Positions 20,016 to 29,034 of a DNA stretch of 52,367 nt are shown here, in pieces. A model generated the notes under the pieces. The model ran no database searches. It was given only the letters and a program-made list of their open reading frames with translations, and was not told where the DNA came from. A program made the translations under genes and the position numbers. Within the stretch, counting starts at the first letter, position 1, and each line of letters opens with the position of its first letter. The stretch is taken from positions 1 to 52,367 of IMG/VR virus record IMGVR_UViG_3300020045_007855; one strand, written 5' to 3'. The DNA comes from a virus (lineage: Duplodnaviria > Caudoviricetes).

Positions 20016-22529
20016 ATGGGCTTAATAGCAGGTGTTGGCGATTTCGGGCTAACAGAATTACAAGAAACCACAGTTATTGCAAAAAACACGGCAACAACAA
20101 AAGCATCGGAAGCAACTGCATCGGCAAACCTTGCAAAAGAAAGCGAGGATATTATTCAAGCGATTGCGGAAGATACCGCTTTGGCAAACCAAGCAGCACA
20201 TGAAGCCATAAAATTAGCACAAATAGCCAATTTGCAGGGTGTAAGATTAGGAGGATGGAACGCTTTAACAAACTCACCAACGCTAACAGCTGACGCTTCC
20301 TCGGTAGCTACAGGAGGGTATTATGATGTGACTGTTGCAGGTACTTCATCTATAACTGGAACGAGCACCGCATTTGGAGTTGGTGATAGAGTTGCAAAAA
20401 GTGGTGCCACTTGGTATAGAATCCCTTACGCAATTTCAGAAAAAAGTGTTGGAATTGCTCAGACAAATTTCATTCAAAAAATCATTGGTAAGAATTTATT
20501 CAACTATCTAACCGCAGTTGATGATTTTTACATGGGTGATAACGGCACGCCAGGGGCAAGTACAACTTATGCTTACTCAGATTTTATTGAGGTTGAATCA
20601 TCAACGCAATATTATGGGGCATCGGGGTCAAATGGTATGCGTTTTACGTGTTTTTACAACTCAAGTAAAACCGTTATTTCGGGTGGCAATGATGGATTTA
20701 CGAACACATTTACGACCACATCGGCAACAAAATATGTAAGAATTACAGTTTTCAAAACCGACAAACAAACATTTCAACTGGAAAAAGGAGCCGTCGGGAC
20801 TGGTTTTGAAATATACGCTGAAAGAAATGTGTTAAGCGAAAACATTGAGGCCGCAAATAACTCAATTGCTTCCGATTCTATTAAGTCAGGAGCAATTACA
20901 CCCGAAAAGGTATCTTTTTTAGCCTTAGGAAAAAACAATTTCAATTACCTTACGGCAACCGATAATTTTTATGTTGGCGAAAATGGAGTAATTGATGCAA
21001 GTGCTACATACTGTTACTCTGATTATATTAAAGTTAATCAATCAACAGATTATTACGGAATTGGCGGTGATTTAGGTATGCGTTTTACGTGTTTTTATGA
21101 TGAGAATAAGGACGTAATAACGGGCGGTTCTGGTTCACTTACAAACACATTTACGACCACTTCAAACACCCATTTCGTAAGAATTACAATATTTAAATCA
21201 GCAAAACTGACATTTCAATTAGAGGAAGGTACTTCAAAGACAGACTTTGAACGATACGGGTACAAATTTGATACAAACACTATTAACAATGATGAAGTAA
21301 GCCCAGTTGAAATAGCGATTGCACCAAAATTGTATACATTGAACAATGCAGAGCTTGCAGTTTACTATGAAAACATTCATAAGAATCCAAAGCTCTTTGA
21401 AGGTAAATGTGAAATAAGCGGAAGTTTTGGAAAACAAACCTCACAAAGTACGAAATTTACGCCTACGTCAACAGGTACGTCTTCGGTATCGGTCACAACG
21501 GCAAATGACGACTTTGATATTGTCAATACGACAAATTCAAGTATTGTTTCGGTAAATCCTACAAATAACACGGCGGTCAAGATTCTGAATTTTGGCGACT
21601 CACATACATACGGAAGAACATTCACCTCTAAGTTAAGTGCTATTTCTTCTAATGTTACGTTTTTGGGAATCCGCACAAATCCTACATTGAGTATTCAATG
21701 TGAAGGAAGGGGTGGATACACTTTGTCTAATTATTTCACCTTGCAAAAAACGAGTAATTTATTTTCTCCATTTATGCAACCAGGGGGAGCGTACAAATAT
21801 TACGGAGTTACGGGATTCTGGAAGTTAGCAAATGCCTCAACGCCAGACTACGAACACGGGTATTATGATGCAGTCAAGTCTTTATTCAACCCCACAACTG
21901 GATACAAAGCTTCACCAGCAACAAATGACGTAATGTATGACGATACGGCAAATGCTTTTTATTTTTATAACGGTAGTGCATGGGCGACTATAACAGAATC
22001 TACCCTTGCATTTAGCTTCAATTTTGCTAAATATCGGAGCGTTTGGGGTGTTGAAATGCCTGATATTATCCATGTTCACTTAGGTACAAATGACTGGTAC
22101 GCAACTCCAGTCTCAGGAGTTGATATAAGAACCGAATGGAACGCCTGGAAGACAAAAATTGATACATTCATTACAAGTGCAAAGGCAGATAATGCGAATG
22201 TTAAAATAATTATTGGTATCCCTAATCCAAGCGGTAAGCAAGGAGGAATCGGAATCTTAACGACCGAAAAAAGTAACAGGAATTATTGGATTCACGCAAA
22301 GAATATAATTACTCATTATGCTAATAGAGAATCTGAGAAAATATACGTAGCCGACTACCATTCAACGATAGATAGAGAATGTGCGTTTTCGTTTGATGCT
22401 GAAGTTCCTTTTTCAGAATACACAGGCACGCACAGAAACCAGTTTATGCCAGACTTCACCCATTTAAGTGTTGACGGTTATAATCAGATGGGGAATATTT
22501 ACGCCGCAATGATTCAATTTTTACGATAA
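20016..22529 (+). CDS. Receptor-binding/tail spike protein with two tandem CBM-like repeats and a C-terminal SGNH esterase
   Basis: GGWNA..NSPTL...YYDVTVAG N-terminus; 110-aa repeats at 20487-20816 and 20928-21257; FGDSHT, LGTND, DFTH SGNH blocks. Confidence 0.75.
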   Translation: MGLIAGVGDFGLTELQETTVIAKNTATTKASEATASANLAKESEDIIQAIAEDTALANQAAHEAIKLAQIANLQGVRLGGWNALTNSPTLTADASSVATGGYYDVTVAGTSSITGTSTAFGVGDRVAKSGATWYRIPYAISEKSVGIAQTNFIQKIIGKNLFNYLTAVDDFYMGDNGTPGASTTYAYSDFIEVESSTQYYGASGSNGMRFTCFYNSSKTVISGGNDGFTNTFTTTSATKYVRITVFKTDKQTFQLEKGAVGTGFEIYAERNVLSENIEAANNSIASDSIKSGAITPEKVSFLALGKNNFNYLTATDNFYVGENGVIDASATYCYSDYIKVNQSTDYYGIGGDLGMRFTCFYDENKDVITGGSGSLTNTFTTTSNTHFVRITIFKSAKLTFQLEEGTSKTDFERYGYKFDTNTINNDEVSPVEIAIAPKLYTLNNAELAVYYENIHKNPKLFEGKCEISGSFGKQTSQSTKFTPTSTGTSSVSVTTANDDFDIVNTTNSSIVSVNPTNNTAVKILNFGDSHTYGRTFTSKLSAISSNVTFLGIRTNPTLSIQCEGRGGYTLSNYFTLQKTSNLFSPFMQPGGAYKYYGVTGFWKLANASTPDYEHGYYDAVKSLFNPTTGYKASPATNDVMYDDTANAFYFYNGSAWATITESTLAFSFNFAKYRSVWGVEMPDIIHVHLGTNDWYATPVSGVDIRTEWNAWKTKIDTFITSAKADNANVKIIIGIPNPSGKQGGIGILTTEKSNRNYWIHAKNIITHYANRESEKIYVADYHSTIDRECAFSFDAEVPFSEYTGTHRNQFMPDFTHLSVDGYNQMGNIYAAMIQFLR

Positions 22530-22540
22530 TTCCAAAATCA

Positions 22541-22560
22541 TGGGCGAGCCAATGGGCGAG
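22541..22560 (+). repeat. Integrase arm-type site pair (left of core)
   Basis: TGGGCGAG twice with 12-bp period; same motif at 22793-22812. Confidence 0.7.
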
Positions 22561-22567
22561 TAAACAA

Positions 22568-22608
22568 AAAGGACTTAGATAAATAAATATCTAAGTCCTT
22601 TATTTTTA
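22568..22608. terminator. Bidirectional terminator
   Basis: AAAGGACTTAGATA...TATCTAAGTCCTTT with flanking A/T runs. Confidence 0.85.
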
Positions 22609-22619
22609 GGTAGTTACCT

Positions 22620-22666
22620 TGAGCCTTCTATCGGGATCGAACCAATGACCTACTGATTACAAGTCA
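22620..22666 (-). other. attP: attP core: 3' half of tRNA-Thr(UGU)
   Basis: Reverse complement TGACTTGTAATCAGTAGGTCATTGGTTCGATCCCGATAGAAGGCTCA gives anticodon loop TGT, T-arm and acceptor 3' strand; no 5' half; adjacent to int. Confidence 0.9.
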
Positions 22667-22792
22667 AAAGCCAAAGTGTTTTTATTACTTTTTAGTGTTT
22701 TCGATTAGTCTCAAAAAGCACGTTTAAATAAAATCAAAAGCGTTTTATATTTTTTGTTACTGTTCAATATTGTTTGTTAATTGTGTAAATTG

Positions 22793-22812
22793 TGGGCGAG
22801 TTCTTGGACGAC
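22793..22812 (+). repeat. Integrase arm-type site pair (right of core)
   Basis: TGGGCGAG then TGGACGAC with 12-bp period. Confidence 0.65.
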
Positions 22813-22847
22813 TCACCCCAATATTAAAGAAACGAACAAAGTTAAAA

Positions 22848-24158
22848 ATGAACATAAATATAGCAGATTTCAAATTAAGTTTTGATAAAGTGGCAAATTC
22901 TTCTCTCCTATCGCTCAAGCTAAGAGTTTCGCATAACAAGACAAGAAAAAGATTCGCTTTCCCATTGAAAGAGCCAATCCTAATTTCAAAAGAAAACCTT
23001 GACAAATTAATCAAGTATCATCAAACGCAAAATCAAAGAACTGCCGAAGACATTCGGGTGATTTACGCTAAAATTCAGCCTTCACTTGAAAAAGCTCAAT
23101 CAATAATTGATACCTTAAATCCCTTTTCATTTGAAAAGTTTAAAGCTCAATTTTATGGTGAAATCGTGGACACTGGCGATAATTCTTTGGTGAGCATTGC
23201 AGGATTTACGGCAAGCGAACATTTGAAAGCTGGAAAGGTAACTACCTCAAATTTATACATTAGTGCGGCAAAATCAATCCAAGAATTTGCCGACCAGCTT
23301 TTGCCTGGGCAATGTGCAAAATTTTCACTTTCCAAAATAGACAGGACGGTGAGACTTGGCCACATTACAGAAGAATTTTTGCAGGATTATGAAGACTGGA
23401 TGATTAAGAAAAAAGGCAAAACGCCATCGACAGTAGGCATCTACCTGCGTAACGTTCGAGCAATATTTAATGACGAAATTGCAAAGAAAAATATCAATCC
23501 AGATTTGTACCCATTTGGAAAAAGGAAATATGTTATACCATCGGCGGCCAACACAAAAAAAGCAATTCCGAAGGAAAGTATTATCAAATTATTAGGATAC
23601 GAACCATTGCCGAATATGGAAATGGAGCAACGTTCCAAGGATTTTTACACGTTTTCATACCTTTCAAACGGTATGAACATGGCGGATATTCTCAATTTGA
23701 AATGGGAAAACGTAGATTTTGAATCAAGAAAAATAACGTTTGTCCGAGAAAAAACAAAAGATACAACTAAGAATCAGCAGGTTACGATTACGGTTCAAAT
23801 GTTCGATGAAACCATAAGAATCATTAAGCGATGGGGCAGTAAGACAAAAAATGCAAGTGATTATCTGTTTCCCTATTACACACGGACTATGTCGCCAGTT
23901 GACAAACGAAGAGTGAAGGCCCAGTTTATCAAAAGTACAAATTATAATATGCGGAAAATTGCCAAGATTTTGGGCATCACGGAAGATCCTCTAACCATGT
24001 CCGCACGTCATTCCTTCGCTACTATAATGATGCAGAATAATAGTCCAATTGCCTTAATTTCTAAGCTATTAGGCCATACCGACATGAAGACTACGCAAAA
24101 TTATTTGGATAGTTTTGAAGATGGGAAAGTAAAGGAGTTTTTGGGAAATTTGTTATAA
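22848..24158 (+). CDS. int: Tyrosine integrase
   Basis: SAM-like domain, GMNMADI, REKT, ARHSFAT, LLGHTDMKTTQNY; likely ATG start at 22848. Confidence 0.93.
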   Translation: MNINIADFKLSFDKVANSSLLSLKLRVSHNKTRKRFAFPLKEPILISKENLDKLIKYHQTQNQRTAEDIRVIYAKIQPSLEKAQSIIDTLNPFSFEKFKAQFYGEIVDTGDNSLVSIAGFTASEHLKAGKVTTSNLYISAAKSIQEFADQLLPGQCAKFSLSKIDRTVRLGHITEEFLQDYEDWMIKKKGKTPSTVGIYLRNVRAIFNDEIAKKNINPDLYPFGKRKYVIPSAANTKKAIPKESIIKLLGYEPLPNMEMEQRSKDFYTFSYLSNGMNMADILNLKWENVDFESRKITFVREKTKDTTKNQQVTITVQMFDETIRIIKRWGSKTKNASDYLFPYYTRTMSPVDKRRVKAQFIKSTNYNMRKIAKILGITEDPLTMSARHSFATIMMQNNSPIALISKLLGHTDMKTTQNYLDSFEDGKVKEFLGNLL

Positions 24159-24161
24159 ATG

Positions 24162-24190
24162 AAAAGCACCATAAAATTAGAGTGCTTTTT
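24162..24190. terminator. Terminator between convergent int and immunity arm
   Basis: AAAAGCAC...GTGCTTTT. Confidence 0.6.
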
Positions 24191-24440
24191 ACTTTTCAAG
24201 TCTTTTAACTTCCCTTTGAATATCAACTAAAAACGGATACCATTTGATTCTGTCAATAGAATATGTTTCACTTCTAAATTCAAACTTATCTAAATCCTTT
24301 ACCCATAACTGGCGACAATAAACTTTTACACCTCTAATAAAAGTATAAAGCTGAATGTGTTTTGCTTCACTTCCGTATTTGTCACGAAAATGAATTGATT
24401 CATGGTCGAGTTTATCAAAAACGATATTTCGTAAATTCAT
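24189..24440 (-). CDS. Hypothetical protein
   Basis: Coupled to the upstream HTH gene. Confidence 0.55.
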   Translation of the reverse strand: MNLRNIVFDKLDHESIHFRDKYGSEAKHIQLYTFIRGVKVYCRQLWVKDLDKFEFRSETYSIDRIKWYPFLVDIQREVKRLEK

Positions 24441-24442
24441 AG

Positions 24443-24688
24443 CTAAAACATTTCCCCCTTACCAGTTAAAAGCCAATGTGCCGAAACCCCAAAATCATTA
24501 ACCAGTAACGTTAAAAAACTCATTTGAAACTCAGCTTCTGGATTGGCCCTAAGTTTGAAAAAGTTGCCCTGATTGAGTTCGTATTTCGTGGCAAATGACT
24601 TCTTCCCTCGTAACATTTTGCGTGCCACCAGTTCGTCAATTGCCTTAAAAAAACGTCTATGTATTTCCTGTGATTGTGGGTTTTGCAT
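24443..24688 (-). CDS. XRE-like HTH protein
   Basis: SFATKYELNQGNF...FGVSAHWLLTGKGEMF. Confidence 0.75.
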   Translation of the reverse strand: MQNPQSQEIHRRFFKAIDELVARKMLRGKKSFATKYELNQGNFFKLRANPEAEFQMSFLTLLVNDFGVSAHWLLTGKGEMF

Positions 24689-24689
24689 T

Positions 24690-24869
24690 CTAAAAAGGTA
24701 TCTCTATGCTTTGATTTGAGGTTTTAATTTTTCGGTTAAGTTGGTACAGCTGATAAATATCATCATGGTTGCCTTCATTTGCCACCAGTTCAGAAAACAG
24801 GTCAATGGCCGTAAAATAAAACCCTTCAAATTTTGCCTTGTGAGCGTTAAGTCTTGTTTGTTTGTTCAT
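24690..24869 (-). CDS. 59-aa hypothetical protein
   Basis: Manual translation MNKQTRLNAHKAKFEGFYF...; stop abuts the next start. Confidence 0.5.
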   Translation of the reverse strand: MNKQTRLNAHKAKFEGFYFTAIDLFSELVANEGNHDDIYQLYQLNRKIKTSNQSIEIPF

Positions 24870-24931
24870 CTTGCTATCTGTTAATAATTTTCATACCTTT
24901 GAAAAATAAAGCAACTATTTTTCATAAATTC

Positions 24932-25108
24932 ATGAGAGTTAGCACAAAAATTAAGACAACTGTCAAAACTGATAGTTTCAAGTTTGATACTTTGGAAGAG
25001 GTAAAAAACGGACTTTCTCAATTCGCTACTGATAACATAAGCCAACTGCCAAGTAAATCTTATGTTGTGGGCATTACGTTGATTGAGATTGAGGAATTAC
25101 CATCATAA
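24932..25108 (+). CDS. Small hypothetical protein with its own promoter
   Basis: TACCTTTG at 24894-24901 upstream; ATG 24932. Confidence 0.45.
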   Translation: MRVSTKIKTTVKTDSFKFDTLEEVKNGLSQFATDNISQLPSKSYVVGITLIEIEELPS

Positions 25109-25113
25109 TTGAA

Positions 25114-25878
25114 CTATGGCATCCCAAGTAATTTTGGCAAATAATTTAGTGCTAATGGGTCTCTCTCTTTAAAGTATTTTTGTGCATTTTCTGGAATCCA
25201 ATGGCTATCAATAAATTCAATAAAAATTGGCAATAATTCATTTTTATATTGCCTTGCCTCAAGTTCTAATCCTCCCTGAAACTTGTGCATATACATTTTA
25301 TACATATCTGCCATATCTGGGTGATTTTTCTTCAGATAGGTAGAGAACATTTTTCCAACACTTGTATCTGGTCTCATTTCTTTTCCATCAAAAGCCCTAT
25401 TTGGTATTTGGTAGCCAACCCTTTCAAATCTTCCATAAAGTCTAATAAAAAGCTCACTAATTACAGAAAAATGCCCTTTATCTGTCCTATCCCAATTGTC
25501 ATTGTACCTGACAACAAAATTTGGGGTTTCGAGTCTGTTAATACCATAACTTCCTTTTTTACGAATAGCTGGTATTACCTCTTTTGTTACCCACTTTCTA
25601 AACTGTTTTGCAGATGGCTTACTACTTTTGAAAATTAAAGCATAAAGTCCGCTCTCAGAAATTATAGACTTATTAGGGTTTCCAGAAGTACCATCGGTAA
25701 TAACGATAGTACTTTTTTCATCATCATCAAGTCTGGAAACGGCATCACTTGTATTTTTAATATCAAGCAGTTTGCATACTTCGCTTGCTACAAACCAGAC
25801 CTCACCTCCAATTTCTATTGTTGTTAAGTTGTCTAAGTGGTCATCATCTTCTTGGTACTTGAACACGGATAATTGCAT
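25114..25878 (-). CDS. BRO-N domain antirepressor-like protein
   Basis: GEVWFVASEVCKLL...ISESGLYALIFKS.KP.AKQFRKWVT.EVIPAIRKKGSY. Confidence 0.88.
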   Translation of the reverse strand: MQLSVFKYQEDDDHLDNLTTIEIGGEVWFVASEVCKLLDIKNTSDAVSRLDDDEKSTIVITDGTSGNPNKSIISESGLYALIFKSSKPSAKQFRKWVTKEVIPAIRKKGSYGINRLETPNFVVRYNDNWDRTDKGHFSVISELFIRLYGRFERVGYQIPNRAFDGKEMRPDTSVGKMFSTYLKKNHPDMADMYKMYMHKFQGGLELEARQYKNELLPIFIEFIDSHWIPENAQKYFKERDPLALNYLPKLLGMP

Positions 25879-25899
25879 AATTAAATGGTTATTAAATAT

Positions 25900-26085
25900 T
25901 TAAAGTGTACTTTTCAAAATTTCAACTTTCATTTGCGTTGTGTCTGCTGCTTCGTCACTCCAAAGCGACCTATGTTTGTACGATACGGTATAACCAACTG
26001 AAGGTTCGCCAAAAACGATTGGCTTTTCGTCTTCCTCTTTCTCAGAGCAGGAAATTAATAGCAGGGTGAAGAATAGTTTTTTCAT
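25900..26085 (-). CDS. Small lipoprotein
   Basis: MKKLFFTLLLISC lipobox. Confidence 0.6.
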   Translation of the reverse strand: MKKLFFTLLLISCSEKEEDEKPIVFGEPSVGYTVSYKHRSLWSDEAADTTQMKVEILKSTL

Positions 26086-26090
26086 TTCAT

Positions 26091-26462
26091 TTATTCTTTT
26101 GAGTAATCGGCACTCATGATATTAATAAAGCTATCATAAACCGACCCTTCGCTTGTAAATGGCTTATTATTGTTTACGGTAGTAGTTCTTGAAACTGTTA
26201 ATTTTGGGTGAACGTAGGTATATGTAAGTATTTCTTTTGTACCGACCAGTTTCGTTTTCTCAGTAGCACTATAATATTCAACCTCATTGTTGTTTATGAA
26301 AACAAGCATCTTATAAACGCTTGAACCATCAACAACACTCTTGAAGGAGAATGAAGACCAGCGTGAGCCAACTAATGTTTTTTCAACAGGTTTTACTTCT
26401 TCTGTACTTTTACAGGCAAATAGTAGAATTGAAAGAATGATTGTAGATGTTATTTTTTTCAT
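26091..26462 (-). CDS. Lipoprotein (possible superinfection exclusion)
   Basis: LLFAC lipobox, LVGSRW beta-barrel-like start; in the cI operon. Confidence 0.65.
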   Translation of the reverse strand: MKKITSTIILSILLFACKSTEEVKPVEKTLVGSRWSSFSFKSVVDGSSVYKMLVFINNNEVEYYSATEKTKLVGTKEILTYTYVHPKLTVSRTTTVNNNKPFTSEGSVYDSFINIMSADYSKE

Positions 26463-27208
26463 TAATTTTTTGATTTGTTTATTTTAATAAGTGATTTAGC
26501 ATACTGATTTTTATATGATTCGTTATCGGGGTATTTATCAATGAGGAATTCAAGAAACTCGTATTCTTCATCAATCATTTTTAGCTTTCTGTATATGATA
26601 AGCATTCTTTCAATGTCGTGTGCAAATCTATTAAACGGCAAGTCTTTGGAGAATCCAAAAGAAACTGCTTCTTTATATAATGGTAAAGCCTTTTCTGGTC
26701 CAAACTCTTTTTCCGTACTTATTGCTTTATTCCTTAAAGCTAATATTGAGTCATCAATGTCTCTTTTTTCAATTGCTTCATTCCTTCTTTTTTCAAAGTC
26801 AAGTAATTTTTCAGTTTTTACGGATACAGTATCTTGGCTATCCCATTCAGCATTAAAAATTAAATCGGATGTTTCGCTATCAATTATTCCAAATTCTATA
26901 TAATTAATCAAAAAAGAAATCGAAACTTCCGTATATCCCTTCTTTTTAATTATGTACTTTTTATTCTTTTGATATAGCTCAAACTTGCCTTTAATATCCT
27001 TTAGTTTATCGTTATCAATTGGAATACCTTTAAACTTAGCCTCAATGGCCCCGTTATAAAGTCTTACCAAGTCATCATCAACAACACCAGCTTTGATATA
27101 CTTTTGAAAATCCTTTAAATAAACCAACGTTGATTTATTGCTCACATTTAGAATGTAAACAAGAGTAACCGAAAATATTACGGTAATAAAAATGATAATG
27201 ATAGCCAT
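26462..27208 (-). CDS. Membrane-anchored protein with TPR-like C-terminus
   Basis: N-terminal TM; EKALPLYKEAV...ERMLIIYRKLK..DEEYEFL. Confidence 0.6.
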   Translation of the reverse strand: MAIIIIFITVIFSVTLVYILNVSNKSTLVYLKDFQKYIKAGVVDDDLVRLYNGAIEAKFKGIPIDNDKLKDIKGKFELYQKNKKYIIKKKGYTEVSISFLINYIEFGIIDSETSDLIFNAEWDSQDTVSVKTEKLLDFEKRRNEAIEKRDIDDSILALRNKAISTEKEFGPEKALPLYKEAVSFGFSKDLPFNRFAHDIERMLIIYRKLKMIDEEYEFLEFLIDKYPDNESYKNQYAKSLIKINKSKN

Positions 27209-27211
27209 ATC

Positions 27212-27853
27212 TTAAACCCTTTTGTTTAAATGCCCATGTATAAGCCAAATTGAGCGAATATTCTTTTTAGGCATTTCAAACTCATCGTAGAATTTATTCT
27301 CACTTTCAAGGCAAAAATATTCTTTTGGATTTTCCCTAAACTTTTTAATGTACTTTAAATACTTACGCCCATCATTACAAACAATCCCGTACACTTGACC
27401 AAATTCTAAGTGTTCGTTCCACTGCTCAACCTTTGTTCCAAAAAGTATTGAACCGCTTTTGATTAAACCCTCCATACTATCAGAATACGCCCTAAAGGCT
27501 ACGCAACCCCTAAAGTCTGGTATGTCCATATAATAATCTGGGATAGTTGTATTATTATCTACTGACTCAAATGAATTCCCTGCAATAAAATCAATATTAA
27601 AGAAAGGTATTTGAGAATTAGCTTCTTTAATACTTGGCTTGTAGTTAGTAATATTATAAGGTGCTGATTTTTCATTAACTACATTGTCATTCATAATACT
27701 GTGCAATAATTCATATTTTGAACTCGGTATTACTTCTCCACGCTCCCAATTTTGTATTGTTCTTATTGTTACCCCAACTTTTGACGCAAATTCATCTTGT
27801 TTTAAGTTATTATTTTTTCTGAAAATCTTTATTTCCTGTCCACTTATAGCCAT
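27212..27853 (-). CDS. cI: CI-like repressor (XRE HTH + S24 peptidase)
   Basis: QDEFASKVGVTIRTIQNWERG; SDSMEG (Ser) and YLKYI (Lys) autocleavage dyad. Confidence 0.92.
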   Translation of the reverse strand: MAISGQEIKIFRKNNNLKQDEFASKVGVTIRTIQNWERGEVIPSSKYELLHSIMNDNVVNEKSAPYNITNYKPSIKEANSQIPFFNIDFIAGNSFESVDNNTTIPDYYMDIPDFRGCVAFRAYSDSMEGLIKSGSILFGTKVEQWNEHLEFGQVYGIVCNDGRKYLKYIKKFRENPKEYFCLESENKFYDEFEMPKKNIRSIWLIHGHLNKRV

Positions 27854-28028
27854 TTCTAAAAATATTTTATTAAAAAAGCGAAATATTTCTCTTTTTTTCT
27901 TTTAAATACGAAATATTGCATATACATTTGTATCACAATCACAAACAAAGTAACAAAATTTACTTTAAAACGTGAAATAATACTTTCAAACATTATTAAA
28001 CGGTAGGTAATCAGTAAAATAATTCCAA
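27854..28028. promoter_or_regulatory. Lysis/lysogeny switch region
   Basis: TACATTTG at 27923-27930; operator-like GAAATATTTC (27880-27889), GAAATATTGC (27910-27919), AAAATATTTT (27859-27868). Confidence 0.65.
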
Positions 28029-28826
28029 ATGAGAGAGCTAATAAAAATACAGAAAAGCACAGGCGGAAAAGATATAGTATCCGCACGTGATTTATACCAA
28101 AGTTTAGGGTTTGACCCAAGCAACTGGGTTAAGTGGTATAAAAAGAATATTGAGAACAATGGATTTGCTATTGAAAATGTAGATTATTCTTTACTCGTAC
28201 TTAGTACGAAAACCTCCGAAGGTGGTAGGCCAACCAAAGACTTCGCCATCACCATAGATTTCGCCAAGCGTTTGGCAATGATGGCAAGAACGGAGAAAGG
28301 CGAAGAAATCAGACAGTATTTTATTGAGTGCGAGCGTAGAGCATTACAACCACAACAACCGCAATTACCAAGCAACTACAAAGAAGCTCTTTTGGCCTTG
28401 GTAAAAGCGGAAGAAGACAAAGACGAAATGGCAAAGATGATTAGTACACAAACCCAACAATTAAAGGCGTACCAATCAAAAGTATCTTACCATGACAGAG
28501 TTTTGAATAGCGAAGATGTATTTACAACCACAGTAATTGCCAAGGAATTAGGAATGTCGGCAATGGCTTTGAATAAGTTTTTACATGAAATTGGATTGAT
28601 TTATAAAGTGGGTGGCACTTGGGTTATTTATTCTAAATTTCAGTCAAAACAGCTAACCAAAACCAAGACGCATATTCATATTGATTCATACGGTAATGAA
28701 AAAACAACCATTCACACGTATTGGACGCAAATGGGTAGAAAATTTATTCACCAACTGTACCAGCCTTGCAAAAGAACGCTTGAATTATACCCTTTAATTG
28801 AGCATTACCAAACGCTAAACGCTTAA
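28029..28826 (+). CDS. Antirepressor (AntA/AntB N-terminus + ANT/KilAC C-terminus)
   Basis: VSARDLY...GGRP..DF..TIDFAK..MM.RTEKGEEIRQYFI; LPSNYKEAL; TTTVIAKELGMSA...TYWTQMGRKFI. Confidence 0.9.
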   Translation: MRELIKIQKSTGGKDIVSARDLYQSLGFDPSNWVKWYKKNIENNGFAIENVDYSLLVLSTKTSEGGRPTKDFAITIDFAKRLAMMARTEKGEEIRQYFIECERRALQPQQPQLPSNYKEALLALVKAEEDKDEMAKMISTQTQQLKAYQSKVSYHDRVLNSEDVFTTTVIAKELGMSAMALNKFLHEIGLIYKVGGTWVIYSKFQSKQLTKTKTHIHIDSYGNEKTTIHTYWTQMGRKFIHQLYQPCKRTLELYPLIEHYQTLNA

Positions 28827-28831
28827 CCGCC

Positions 28832-29032
28832 ATGAAACAAATAAAAATTAAGGACTTCACCATCACAATTGATGATTCTGAAGAAGAGCTAACCAACGAA
28901 CAAATCATTGAATGGGTGAATCATGTGTTAGGTGAGCGAGCAAATCAGATTAAATCCAGTAATCCATTAGTTGACTTTTCACTTCAAGAAGTAGAAGTTG
29001 ATTGGAGAGAAATTCAAATTAAAAGCTGCTAA
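28832..29032 (+). CDS. Hypothetical protein
   Basis: Operon-coupled. Confidence 0.55.
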   Translation: MKQIKIKDFTITIDDSEEELTNEQIIEWVNHVLGERANQIKSSNPLVDFSLQEVEVDWREIQIKSC

Positions 29033-29034
29033 CG

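Noticed and set aside
16539-22529. Diversity-generating retroelement or invertible tail-fibre shufflon
   Set aside because: No reverse transcriptase or invertase; repeat differences are not adenine-specific and no inverted crossover sites were seen
22620-22666. Functional tRNA-Thr gene
   Set aside because: Only the 3' half is present; explained as attP core
23660-23700. Integrase inactive because box I reads GMNMAD rather than GxR
   Set aside because: This variant is common in Bacteroidota tyrosine integrases; the other catalytic residues and attP are intact
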